NCBI GenBank assembly: GCA_035948815.1
Contig: DASZIU010000062.1
Coordinates: 10,398 to 74,397, forward strand
Source of the DNA: Solirubrobacteraceae bacterium
GTDB lineage: Bacteria; Actinomycetota; Thermoleophilia; Solirubrobacterales; Solirubrobacteraceae
Reading direction: 5' to 3'
DNA length: 64,000 bases
The position numbers were made by a program, and so were the translations under genes. Position 1 is the first letter of the stretch. Every line of letters starts with the position of its first letter. The notes beneath the pieces were generated by a model. It was not told the DNA's origin, did not search any database, and saw nothing but the letters and a program-made list of their open reading frames with translations. This document shows positions 46,946-56,210 of the stretch, in pieces.

Positions 46946-48591
46946 GTCGCCTCCTTGATCCTCGCGGTTATCGCATGTAGCGCCGCGACCGCGTCGCCGC
47001 CGGCCAGGTGGATGCGCTCGGCAGGCAGGGCGTGCTGGTCGCGAAGCGTGGTGAAGTCGCCGGTCGCCTGGGCGTTCTTGAGCGTGTTGAACGTGTAGGG
47101 GGCGCCGGGAACAGGTATGTCGTCGGGGTCGTCCTGCAGCAGCTGTAGAAAGCGCCCGTAGGGCGGGCCGCCCTTGTGGAACTGGCCGGTCGAATGCAGG
47201 AAGCGCGGCCCGTAGCCGAAGGTCGTCGTCGCGCGCGTCGCGTCGCGGATCGCCACGCGCAGCTCGCCGGCGGCGGCGTCGATCTCCGGCGCCGGCTTCA
47301 GGTAGGCCATCAGCGCGACGTACTGCGGCGGCCGGCCGCCCAATAGCAGCGAGCGCAGCGCCGCCTCGTCGGCGTCGGGTATCTCCGGAAGCGCCCCGGT
47401 GCCCTCGTATTCGGCGAGCACGGCCGCCGTAGCGTCCTTTGCCTCCTGGACGTTCGGCTGGTCGAAGGGGTTGATCTGAAGGCCCCAGCCGACGATGGCC
47501 ACGGCGAGCTCGGCCAGCATGAAGACCCTGCCGAGGTCGGAGGCGCCGCGCGTCGGGATCGTGATCAGCGGGTGGCCACCCTCGATCAGCGCCTGCGCGC
47601 GCGCGTCGAGGCCGGGCTCGTGCGCGGTGACGTCGGGCAGATACGCGAAGACCCGGTCATCGCCGTAGTCCCCGGGCTCGCCGAGTGGCTCCTCCGCGAC
47701 GGGCAGGATGCCGGTGCCCTGCTTTCCTGTCGACTCCGCGACGAGCTGCTCGAGCCACAGCCCGAGACCCGGCAGCGTGGGCGCGATCACGAAGGTGAGC
47801 TTGTCACGTCCGTTCTGCGCCAGGGCGCTCAGCGCGGCGCCGAGCCAGACGTGCCCCAGGTGAAGCGCCGAGGGCGTCGAGTCCTCGACCGGCACCTCCC
47901 AGGCCTCCCGCGCGCCCACCAGCAGCGAGCGTACGTCCACCCCCATCAGCGCGCCTGGCACGATGCCGAAGGGCGAGAGCGCGCTGTAGCGCCCGCCGAT
48001 CGCCGGGTCGCCGTGGAAGACGCTCCTGAACCCCCGCTCGCGCGCGAGCCGCTCCAGGCCGCTGCCCGCGTCGGTGATCGCGATGAAGCTCCTGCCCTCG
48101 CCCACCAGCTCCCAGAAATGGGCGAACAGCGACAGCGGCTCGATCGTGCCCCCCGACTTCGAGGAGACTACGAACAGCGTGCGCTCGAGCTCGATCTCCT
48201 GCTCGACCGCGCGGATCGCCCCGCTGTCCGTCGAGTCGAGCACATGCAGGCTCGGCCGGCCTGGTCGGTGGTGGAAGCAGCGGCGCAGCACCTCCGGGGC
48301 GAGCGAGGAACCTCCCATGCCGAGAAGCACGACGTGCGCGAAGCCCTCGCGGCTGATCTGCTCGGCAAACGCCTCGAGCTCATCGAGCTGCTCGAGCATC
48401 TGCTCGGCGATCGTCAGCCACCCCAGGCGGTCCCCCACCTCGGGCGCGCCGGGCGATCCCCAGAGCGTCGGGTCACCCTCCCTCAGCCGGTGCGCCACCC
48501 CGTCGCGGCCGGCCAGTGCGAGCTTCTGCTCGACCTTCGCCCTCAGCGTGCCCGGGATCCGGGCTTCGACGGCAAGGGCTCGGTCGCTCAC
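46942..48591 (-). CDS. pgi: Glucose-6-phosphate isomerase (type seen in Tal-Pgi fusions, here stand-alone)
   Basis: LGMGGSSL, SSKSGGTIE, GGRYSALS, AESTGK, NPFDQPNVQEAK, GPRFLHSTGQ. Confidence 0.88.
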   Translation of the reverse strand: MSDRALAVEARIPGTLRAKVEQKLALAGRDGVAHRLREGDPTLWGSPGAPEVGDRLGWLTIAEQMLEQLDELEAFAEQISREGFAHVVLLGMGGSSLAPEVLRRCFHHRPGRPSLHVLDSTDSGAIRAVEQEIELERTLFVVSSKSGGTIEPLSLFAHFWELVGEGRSFIAITDAGSGLERLARERGFRSVFHGDPAIGGRYSALSPFGIVPGALMGVDVRSLLVGAREAWEVPVEDSTPSALHLGHVWLGAALSALAQNGRDKLTFVIAPTLPGLGLWLEQLVAESTGKQGTGILPVAEEPLGEPGDYGDDRVFAYLPDVTAHEPGLDARAQALIEGGHPLITIPTRGASDLGRVFMLAELAVAIVGWGLQINPFDQPNVQEAKDATAAVLAEYEGTGALPEIPDADEAALRSLLLGGRPPQYVALMAYLKPAPEIDAAAGELRVAIRDATRATTTFGYGPRFLHSTGQFHKGGPPYGRFLQLLQDDPDDIPVPGAPYTFNTLKNAQATGDFTTLRDQHALPAERIHLAGGDAVAALHAITARIKEAT

Positions 48592-48689
48592 GCCACGATC
48601 CTAATCGCCATGGTGCTGTTATAGGTTTTCTGCCCGGCGCGGCCATCCCGACGGCCGCCGGACCGCCGCGCCGCGCGGCAAGGAGAACC

Positions 48690-49715
48690 GTGACCTCAGA
48701 GCGAACCCACGAGCGGCCCGACCGCAACCTGGCACTGGAGCTCGTCCGCGTGACCGAGGCGGCGGCGCTTGCCGCGGCGCCGCTGGTCGGCACCGGCGAC
48801 AAGGAGGCCGCCGACCAGGCCGCGGTCGACGGGATGCGCTACATGCTCCACTCGGTGGCGATGGACGGCGTCGTCGTCATCGGAGAGGGTGAGAAGGACG
48901 AGGCGCCGATGCTCTACAACGGCGAGCAGATCGGCGACGGATCGCCGCCCGAGGTGGACATCGCGGTGGACCCGCTCGAGGGGACGACGCTCGCCGCCAA
49001 CGGGATGCCGAGCGCGCTCGCGGTGATCGCGCTGTCGGCGCGCGGAACGATGTTCGACCCGGGCCCGTGCGTCTACATGGAGAAGATGGCCGGCGCGCCC
49101 GAGATCGCCGACCTGCTCGACCTCGACCGCCCGCTTTCAGAGACCGTGAGCCTGGTGGCCTCGCGGCGGGGCTGTCCCGTCAGCGACGTGATGGTCGTGG
49201 TGCTCGACCGCCCGCGCAACGCCGAGGGGATCGCCGCGATCCGACGGGCCGGCGCGCGCGTGCGGCTGATCCCCCATGGCGACGTGTCCGCGGCGCTGCT
49301 GGCCGTCACCGAGCGGGCGCCCGTCGACATGCTGTGGGGCATCGGCGGTACCCCCGAGGGCGTGATCTCGGCGGCGGCCGTCAAGTGCCTTGGCGGCGAG
49401 CTGCTCGGACGCCTGTGGCCGCGGGACCAGGAGGAGCGCCGGGCCGCCGAGGATGCGGGCTACGAGATCGAGCGGGTGCTGAGCCGCGACGACCTGGTCG
49501 CGGGCAACGACGTTTTCTTCTCGGCCACCGGGGTCACCGATGGCGACGTGCTTCAGGGCGTGCGCTATCCGAGCGCCGGCGGCGCCACGACCGAGTCGCT
49601 CGTCACCCGCTCGCGGTCCGGGACGATCAGGCGGATCCGCGCGACACACGACCGCTCGAAGCTGCGCGCAATCGGCGGTGAGCGCTACTCGCGCGGAGGC
49701 GCATCGGTCGGGTGA
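48690..49715 (+). CDS. glpX: Class II fructose-1,6-bisphosphatase
   Basis: RNLALELVRVTE, IGEGEKDEAPML, DPLEGT, GGTPEG, ATGVTDG; AGGAG RBS. Confidence 0.95.
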   Translation: MTSERTHERPDRNLALELVRVTEAAALAAAPLVGTGDKEAADQAAVDGMRYMLHSVAMDGVVVIGEGEKDEAPMLYNGEQIGDGSPPEVDIAVDPLEGTTLAANGMPSALAVIALSARGTMFDPGPCVYMEKMAGAPEIADLLDLDRPLSETVSLVASRRGCPVSDVMVVVLDRPRNAEGIAAIRRAGARVRLIPHGDVSAALLAVTERAPVDMLWGIGGTPEGVISAAAVKCLGGELLGRLWPRDQEERRAAEDAGYEIERVLSRDDLVAGNDVFFSATGVTDGDVLQGVRYPSAGGATTESLVTRSRSGTIRRIRATHDRSKLRAIGGERYSRGGASVG

Positions 49716-50152
49716 GCCCCGAACGCCTCTGGAAGATCTCCGCGGCGCTCGGTCGACGCGGGCACTGGGGGCTGGCGCTGTTCGTCAAGAAAATCAACTC
49801 GGCGATCTACCACAACTCGCTCGCACCGGGCGTGTCGTTCAGCCCGGACGTGGCGTTCGGGCATCACGGGTTCGGAACCGTGATCCACAACAACGTCGTG
49901 ATCGGCAAGCGCGTCAAGATCTGGCAGAACGTGACGATCACGGTGCATGCGGCGACCGCGTCCGATCAGCGGATCGTGATCGAGGACGACGTCAGGATCG
50001 GGGCCAACTCGGTGATCATGTCGCCCGCCGGCAAGAGCATCCGCATCGGCCGCGGTGCGCGGATCGGGGCGGGCGCCGTGGTCGCCGACGACGTGCCCGC
50101 GGGTGCGACGGTCATCAGCCAGCCGCCGCGCGTGATTCCGCCGACGGCCTGA
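49712..50152 (+). CDS. Hexapeptide-repeat acetyltransferase (serine O-acetyltransferase/WcaB-like)
   Basis: HHGFGTVIH, IWQNVTI, IGAGAVVADDVP. Confidence 0.8.
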   Translation: MSPERLWKISAALGRRGHWGLALFVKKINSAIYHNSLAPGVSFSPDVAFGHHGFGTVIHNNVVIGKRVKIWQNVTITVHAATASDQRIVIEDDVRIGANSVIMSPAGKSIRIGRGARIGAGAVVADDVPAGATVISQPPRVIPPTA

Positions 50153-50167
50153 CCCGCGCCGGCGCGC

Positions 50168-50863
50168 TCACGCCCGATCGGGCGGAGCGAGTCGTCTGAC
50201 GCGCGACTCGGCGAGGTCCAGCCGCGCGAGCGAACGCAGGAAGCCGTGGGTGACGAGCACGTGGATACGCGACTGGGTGAGCTCATACAGCGGCCTCCCC
50301 AGCCGGGAGGCGATCGATGGGTAGTAGCTCTCGACCTCGACCTCGACGTGCAGGCGAGCAAGCGCCGGATCCTCAGCCGGCGTGCGGCACACCTCGATCT
50401 GCAGGTAGCCCCCGCCGCCGCGGCCGCGCCTGGCGACCAGCAGGCCCCTCTCGATCCGCCAGCGCACGAGGCCGCGCGTCGGGCTGAGCTCATATTCGGG
50501 GGCCTGGAAGGTCAGCAGCTTCAGCGGCGCGATCAGCAGCACGACCGACCGCTCGCTCTCGGTGTAGTGGACGCGGATCAGGCCGAGCGTGACCCGTGAG
50601 AGGAAGCGCCAGTAGGTCCGCGCGAGTCGCTCGAGGTACATCGGCGACCAGATCTCCCGAAGCGCCTGCTCCTGCAGCAGGAGGTCGGCCGTCTGAAGCG
50701 AGCGCACCGCTCCGGTCACCTCGTCCAGGCCGGTGGAGTCGGCGAGGTTCGAGACCGTCGCGGTCGCGCGCCCGGCGGCCGCGCGGCGGCGGAGGCCGAG
50801 CACGACGGCGGCGAGCGCTCCGGCGAGCAGGATCGCCGCGAGGGCGATCCACAGCCCGGTCAT
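50168..50863 (-). CDS. Hypothetical protein with N-terminal membrane anchor
   Basis: 231-aa ORF with coding-like composition and an N-terminal TM. Confidence 0.65.
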   Translation of the reverse strand: MTGLWIALAAILLAGALAAVVLGLRRRAAAGRATATVSNLADSTGLDEVTGAVRSLQTADLLLQEQALREIWSPMYLERLARTYWRFLSRVTLGLIRVHYTESERSVVLLIAPLKLLTFQAPEYELSPTRGLVRWRIERGLLVARRGRGGGGYLQIEVCRTPAEDPALARLHVEVEVESYYPSIASRLGRPLYELTQSRIHVLVTHGFLRSLARLDLAESRVRRLAPPDRA

Positions 50864-50956
50864 GTGCGCTGGCGATCTCGCACGGAGACCTCAGGCTATA
50901 TGGGCCTCCCACACGAAACGCTCGATCGCGTCCCCCGTGGCTGATATTCAACGTCC

Positions 50957-52339
50957 GTGACCGATGAGGCCGCTCCGCCGACCGCCGCCCATGCGCGGCC
51001 CGTCGCCGGCCTGCCGATGCAGACGCTGACGGCGCGGGCCGACGAGCTCGCACGGGCGTGGGCCGTGGCCCTGATCCTCGCGCGCCCGCCTAGCGAGATC
51101 GCCGACGTCCCGCTCGAGGACCTTGCGCGCGACGCTCCAGAGCTGTGCGTCCAGGTGCTGCATGCGCTCGCCTCGGATGCTGAGCTGGCACGGCTCACCG
51201 GGACGGACGCGCCGGGCGGCCGCGGCCGCGAGGAGGCGCGCGCCGCCGGGCTCGCGAGATTGGCCGGCGCTCGCGACATACGCTCGGCCGTCGCGGCCGT
51301 GGAGGCGCTGCGCGGCGTTCTGTGGGAGGCCACGCTGGCCGAGCTGCGCGAGCCGGTGTTCGATCGCTCCGGTGCGCACCTGCTCGCAGACCTGGCGGAC
51401 CGCCTCGCGCATGTCTGCGCGATGACGCTCACCGTGGCGCTGCCCGAGACGCTGGCTGGTGAAGGTCGCTCGCCCTCGCGCGGCGAGGTGTCCGTGGCCG
51501 GTGCGCCAGGCGTGGCACAGCCGAGGACCTACGCGCCGAGCGTGCGCGCCGAACGCCAGCAGCAGCCGGCGGGCCCCTTCGCCGCCGCGGGCGGCCGGCA
51601 AGGCCCCGGAGACGGCGCGCCGCCGAGCGGCGAGCCGGCCGCGCCCGTTCGCTCCCCCGCGTCGGCGGGCCGCGATGGCGCCGGCCTCGAACGCGACGCT
51701 CATGGCGAGGAGGTGGTGATCATCGACGAGCGCCCCCACGCGAGCGCGCCGTCTCGTGTCGTCGTCGCGCGTGAGCGAAGGGCGCGTACGCAGGCGCACG
51801 CGGCCGTGGCGGCCACGCGCACCTGGCGGCCGCCCGAGCAGATCGAGATCCGCGACGAACGGGCCGGGGAGGGCCCCGCGGCGTGGATCCGGTCGATCGG
51901 CCGGGAGCTCGAGCGATTCACCGAGGCCGCCCGACCGTTCGCCGTGCTGCTCGTCGAGCTGATGGATCTCGAGCGCCTGCGTCGCGGAGAGCAGCCGGGC
52001 GAGCTGGCAGAGCTCAGCGGCCAGGTGCAGGCCACGCTCGAATCGGAGCTGCGGGCCATCGCCGGTCCGGCCGCCGGCTCGCTCACGCGAGAGTCGTCCG
52101 GGAGGCTCTGGCTGATCGCCCCGGGCATCGGGCCGCTGCGCGTCGGCGCGCTCGCGGAGCAGATCGCAGGCGCCGTCAGGCGCTCGGTCGGCTATCGGGG
52201 ACGCGCGCTCGAGGTCGCGGTCGGGACCGCCGTGTGCCCGGACGATGGCCTCGAGGCGGCGGCGCTCGCCGCGCACGCCGACGTCGCCCTGTATGCGGCC
52301 CGTGCCGAGAGCTCAGCCCGAGGCGACGCCGCCCGTTAG
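50957..52339 (+). CDS. Degenerate GGDEF-domain protein
   Basis: C-terminal PFAVLLVE..VAVGTAVCPDDG..ADVALYAAR fold; active-site position reads RESSG. Confidence 0.75.
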   Translation: MTDEAAPPTAAHARPVAGLPMQTLTARADELARAWAVALILARPPSEIADVPLEDLARDAPELCVQVLHALASDAELARLTGTDAPGGRGREEARAAGLARLAGARDIRSAVAAVEALRGVLWEATLAELREPVFDRSGAHLLADLADRLAHVCAMTLTVALPETLAGEGRSPSRGEVSVAGAPGVAQPRTYAPSVRAERQQQPAGPFAAAGGRQGPGDGAPPSGEPAAPVRSPASAGRDGAGLERDAHGEEVVIIDERPHASAPSRVVVARERRARTQAHAAVAATRTWRPPEQIEIRDERAGEGPAAWIRSIGRELERFTEAARPFAVLLVELMDLERLRRGEQPGELAELSGQVQATLESELRAIAGPAAGSLTRESSGRLWLIAPGIGPLRVGALAEQIAGAVRRSVGYRGRALEVAVGTAVCPDDGLEAAALAAHADVALYAARAESSARGDAAR

Positions 52340-52819
52340 GGCGCTCGCAGGGGGAGCGGCGGGAAGGCCCAACGTCGGCGTGTTGGGGGTGGCGCCCACC
52401 ACGCGCGTAGCGATCCGCACCGTGTCGGCGACGTTGAGCGCCGCCGCGGCGCCGGATGTGAGGTCCCAGTCGGCGATGTGGCTGTAGGGCCCGCGATCGA
52501 GCACCGGAAGGATCAGCGTCCGGCCGCCGTAGGTGACCTGCACAAGCGTGCCGCATGGCAGCGTGCGGTGGGCGACGCCGATTACGGCCGGCGTCAGCGT
52601 CTGCCCGCACGCCGTCTTCTGGCCATAGAAACCCGGGCCGAACCAGGTGGCGATGCCGCTCGCATGAACCTTGCGCGCGCGCTTGGCGTGCGCGTGGATC
52701 GCGGGTCCGCTCGCGCCGCCGGTGGCGGCCGACGCGTCGAGCGCGAAGGCCATGGCCGAGCCCGTCATCAGGGCCACCAGGGCGAGCGCGGACGTGGTTG
52801 TACGGAATCTGGATCGCAT
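52313..52819 (-). CDS. rlpA: RlpA-family (DPBB) lytic transglycosylase-like secreted protein
   Basis: Signal peptide, ATWFGPGFYG..TACG, AHRTLPCGT, DRGPY, WDLT..AA. Confidence 0.85.
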   Translation of the reverse strand: MRSRFRTTTSALALVALMTGSAMAFALDASAATGGASGPAIHAHAKRARKVHASGIATWFGPGFYGQKTACGQTLTPAVIGVAHRTLPCGTLVQVTYGGRTLILPVLDRGPYSHIADWDLTSGAAAALNVADTVRIATRVVGATPNTPTLGLPAAPPASALTGGVASG

Positions 52820-52825
52820 CTCATG

Positions 52826-52963
52826 ACGCCTACGGGGTGAGCTGACGGGCTCGCGGCGCTGAGAGGCGTCGCTACGGCCCTTACGGGCCGATTCGCCCCA
52901 GCGGATCAAGGATCCGCATCGGGTCCCCCGTCTTCCTCGACCTGGGTCGTGGAAGCTCGGCGT
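52826..52963 (-). ncRNA. c-di-AMP riboswitch (ydaO/yuaA)
   Basis: Minus strand ACGCCGAG...ACGGGGGACCC...TGGGGCGAATC...GTAG...GAGCCCGTCAGCTCACCCCGTAGGCGT matches family consensus; P1 ACGCC/GGCGT; upstream of a cell-wall enzyme. Confidence 0.92.
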
Positions 52964-52969
52964 GCCGCG

Positions 52970-52975
52970 AGTATA
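52970..52975 (-). promoter_or_regulatory. -10 element TATACT for the riboswitch-rlpA transcript
   Basis: TATACT 6 nt upstream of the riboswitch 5' end. Confidence 0.65.
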
Positions 52976-53032
52976 TACAAGCTTCCCGACCGGGTTGCAG
53001 CGCCCCCGACCCGCGCATATGCCTGGCGGGGC

Positions 53033-53596
53033 TCAGGAGAGAGGAAGCCGCGAGAGCACGCCTTTGAGGACGCGCTCGCTGCCCGAGATACCCGCTTTCG
53101 CGAGCTCGCCGACGATCTCGGCTGCAGAGACGAGCAGCTCGGCTCCGCCCGGCGGGCGAACGGGGCCAGTCGCCTCGTCGTCGGTCTCGTACCCCTGGCT
53201 GGGCACCTCCTCGAGCGCCGGAGCGCGCCTGCCGGATGCGACCGACCGCTTGCCCGGCCGCGCCCCCGACGGCCGCTTTCGCGCGGGCTCGGCGGAGGCG
53301 GAGCGTCGTGGCCCGCCGCGCCCGGCGGCGTGCCCGGCGCCGTTGTCGGCCGCCGAGGTCGCGGGCTGCACGTCGCGCTCGGCGCGTGGCTGCGCCTTGG
53401 CGGATGAGCTTGCCTTCGTGAGTGACGGTGCCTCGGCGGTTGGCTGTGCCTTGCGCGCCGCCTGCCGGCGGGCGGCGGCCCGGCGCGGGCTCGCCCGCTG
53501 GGGGCGCGTACGCGGCAGATGCGACAGGACCCCAGCGTCGTCCCCGTCGTGGGACACGCCAGTCGGGCTCTCGCTACCGTCGCTCATCGCGCACAT
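53033..53596 (-). CDS. Hypothetical low-complexity protein
   Basis: LPRTRPQR motif, disordered middle, amphipathic C-terminal helix. Confidence 0.6.
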   Translation of the reverse strand: MCAMSDGSESPTGVSHDGDDAGVLSHLPRTRPQRASPRRAAARRQAARKAQPTAEAPSLTKASSSAKAQPRAERDVQPATSAADNGAGHAAGRGGPRRSASAEPARKRPSGARPGKRSVASGRRAPALEEVPSQGYETDDEATGPVRPPGGAELLVSAAEIVGELAKAGISGSERVLKGVLSRLPLS

Positions 53597-53802
53597 GATG
53601 CCTTAACGGTCGTTGCAAGAAGATCTTCACGACCGCAGCGGAACAGCAAAGCGACGCGTTAGCATGTGGAGCCGAGCGAACTTTGCGTCAGTTGTAACGT
53701 CGGGCGGGTCGCGCGCGTATGTCCGGCAGGAGTAATCAGAGTCCGGTGGGCCCCGCGAGCGGGCCCCCTGCCGGGATGTCGATCGACGGAGAAACGGAAC
53801 AG

Positions 53803-54903
53803 ATGTCAGTGGTCGAGCTTCAGGAGCTGGATGAGGTCAAGGGCCTCCTGGCGAAGGGTCTTCAGGTCGGAGTCCTCTCCTACGCGGAGATAACCAAGGC
53901 GATGTCCGAGCTGGACCTGGACGAGTCGGACGTCGAAGAGCTGCACGGCTTCCTCGAGATGGCCGAGATCGAGCTCGTCGAGGACATCGACCCTGCGATC
54001 GCCTCCTCGCAGGTCGAGCGCGCGCCCGACAAGCGGGGGCGTCGCAAAGCGAAAACGACGCTGGATCTGAAGCCGGACATGACGACGGACTCGCTCCAGC
54101 TGTTCCTCAAGGACATCGGCAAGGTCCGGCTCCTCACCGCTCAGGAGGAGGTCGATCTCGCCAAGCGGATCGAGCGCGGCGACCTCGACGCCAAGCAGAA
54201 GATGGTCGAGTCGAACCTCCGCCTGGTCGTCTCGATCGCGAAGAACTACCGCAACCAGGGCCTTCCCTTCCTCGACCTGATCCAGGAGGGGACCCTCGGG
54301 CTCGTGCGGGCGGCCGAGAAGTTCGACTACCGCAAGGGCTTCAAGTTCTCGACCTACGCCACCTGGTGGATCCGCCAGGCGATCGCCCGCGCGCTCGCCG
54401 ACAAGGCGCGGACGATCCGCATCCCGGTGCACGTCGTCGAGAAGCTGAACAAGATCGGTCGCGCCGAGCGAAAGCTCGTGACCGAGCTCGGACGCGAGCC
54501 CACGGCCGACGAGATCGCCGAGGTCACCGGCATAGACCCGGAGGAGGTCGACTCGATCAAGCGCTCCGCACAGGCTCCCGTCTCGCTCGAGAAGCCCGTC
54601 GGAGACGAGGAGGAGTCCGAGTTCGGCCAGTTCATCGCTGACGAGCGCGCCGAGTCCCCCTACGAGCGGGCCGCCGAGATCCTCACGAAGGAGGCGCTCC
54701 GCGAGGCGCTCGAGAACCTCTCCTACCGCGAACGCCGGGTGCTGGAGCTCCGCTACGGCCTCGGCGGCGAGCACCCGCGGACCCTCGACGAGGTGGGACG
54801 CACGTTCAACGTCACGCGCGAGCGGATCCGCCAGATCGAGAACCAGTCGCTGAAGAAGCTGCAGAGCCTCGCGGAGGCGCAGAAGCTCCGCGACGTCGCC
54901 TGA
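53803..54903 (+). CDS. RNA polymerase sigma factor, RpoD/SigA family
   Basis: Region 1.1-like, [11 protein letters not shown] (1.2), [33 protein letters not shown]; alternative starts 53719/53776. Confidence 0.93.
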   Translation: MSVVELQELDEVKGLLAKGLQVGVLSYAEITKAMSELDLDESDVEELHGFLEMAEIELVEDIDPAIASSQVERAPDKRGRRKAKTTLDLKPDMTTDSLQLFLKDIGKVRLLTAQEEVDLAKRIERGDLDAKQKMVESNLRLVVSIAKNYRNQGLPFLDLIQEGTLGLVRAAEKFDYRKGFKFSTYATWWIRQAIARALADKARTIRIPVHVVEKLNKIGRAERKLVTELGREPTADEIAEVTGIDPEEVDSIKRSAQAPVSLEKPVGDEEESEFGQFIADERAESPYERAAEILTKEALREALENLSYRERRVLELRYGLGGEHPRTLDEVGRTFNVTRERIRQIENQSLKKLQSLAEAQKLRDVA

Positions 54904-54933
54904 CGAGGAAACGTCCAGGCGTTCTGCCGGCAT

Positions 54934-54959
54934 TCAAGGGTCTCGCGCCGCGTGCCGAT
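54934..54959 (+). promoter_or_regulatory. Putative sigma-28 (FliA/WhiG-type) promoter
   Basis: TCAAG-N15-GCCGAT, 9 nt before ATG 54969. Confidence 0.55.
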
Positions 54960-54968
54960 CGGGTGGGC

Positions 54969-56123
54969 ATGTTCGATGTCATCTGGGCGCTGCGCGAGCT
55001 CGTCAACAAGGAGGGCTCCGATCTGCACCTGAAGGTGGACTCGGCGCCACTGTTCCGCGTGCAGGGAGAGCTGATCCTCGACCCGGGCGCCGACCAGCTG
55101 ACGGCCGACGACACCGACGGGGCGCTGAGGACGCTCCTATCCGACGAGGCGAAGCTCGAGGAGTTCGACCGCGAGCACGAGGTCGACTTCTCCTACGAAC
55201 TCGCCGGAGTGGCGCGCTACAGGGTGAACGCCTTCCAGCAGCGGGGCAAAACCTCGCTGGCCTGCCGTGCGATCCCCCACAAGATCAGCACGATCGAAGA
55301 GCTCTCGCTGCCGCCGGTCGTGACGGAACTGGCCGAGGAGGAGCGCGGCATCGTGCTGCTGACCGGGACCACGGGCTCGGGCAAGTCAACCACGCTCGCG
55401 GCGATCATCGACCACATCAACTTCACGATGAGCAAGCACATCGTCACGATCGAGGACCCGATCGAGTTCCTGCACACCGACAAACGCTCGGCCATCAACC
55501 AGCGCGAAATCGGCATGGACACCGCTTCCTTCAAGCGCGCCCTGCGCAGGGTTCTGCGTCAGGACCCGGACGTGATCCTGATCGGCGAGATGCGCGACGA
55601 GGAGACTGTCCAGACCGCCCTCTCCGCCGCCGAGACCGGGCACCTCGTGCTCTCGACGATCCACACCGTGGATGCAACCGAGTCGATCAACCGGCTGCTC
55701 GACTTCTTCCCCCCTCACCAGCACGGGCAGGCGCGCAGCATGATCGCCGGCACCATCAAGGGCGTCATCTCGCAGCGGCTCGTGCCGGGAGCCGACGGCG
55801 GTCGCGTCGCCGTGTGCGAGATCATGCGCACGACGGGCCGTGTGCGTGACATGATCACCGACCCCTCTCAGACCGGCAAGCTGATCGAGGTGATCAACGC
55901 GGGCGCCTACTACGGGATGCAGACCTTCGACCAGGCACTCTTTGGCCACGTCAAGGCGGGCCGAGTGACATTCGAGGACGCGATGAAGGTCGCCTCGAGC
56001 CCGCACGACTTCAAGCTGCTCATGCAGGCCGACGGGCGCCAGGGCACGACGATGGAGGACGTGGCCTCCGCCGAGGCCAAACGCCAGCCTGACGACGAGC
56101 CCTCGCTGAGCGCCACCCACTAG
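54969..56123 (+). CDS. pilT: PilT/PilU-family type IV pilus retraction ATPase
   Basis: GSDLHL, GTTGSGKSTT, TIEDPIE, LRQDPDVILIGEMRD, GHLVLSTIHT, GMQTFDQ. Confidence 0.9.
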   Translation: MFDVIWALRELVNKEGSDLHLKVDSAPLFRVQGELILDPGADQLTADDTDGALRTLLSDEAKLEEFDREHEVDFSYELAGVARYRVNAFQQRGKTSLACRAIPHKISTIEELSLPPVVTELAEEERGIVLLTGTTGSGKSTTLAAIIDHINFTMSKHIVTIEDPIEFLHTDKRSAINQREIGMDTASFKRALRRVLRQDPDVILIGEMRDEETVQTALSAAETGHLVLSTIHTVDATESINRLLDFFPPHQHGQARSMIAGTIKGVISQRLVPGADGGRVAVCEIMRTTGRVRDMITDPSQTGKLIEVINAGAYYGMQTFDQALFGHVKAGRVTFEDAMKVASSPHDFKLLMQADGRQGTTMEDVASAEAKRQPDDEPSLSATH

Positions 56124-56210
56124 CCGTCGCCGCCGCACGCCGCCGGCCTGAGCCATTCGGGGGCGCCCCGCCGTCCGCCGCGGATAAGCTAGCCGGCTGG
56201 TGAGGCGCTA

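Noticed and set aside
53640-53701. ECF-type promoter GGAAC...CGTT upstream of the sigma gene
   Set aside because: The spacer is only 12 nt; the alternative GAAC-N16-CGTC is too weak to call.
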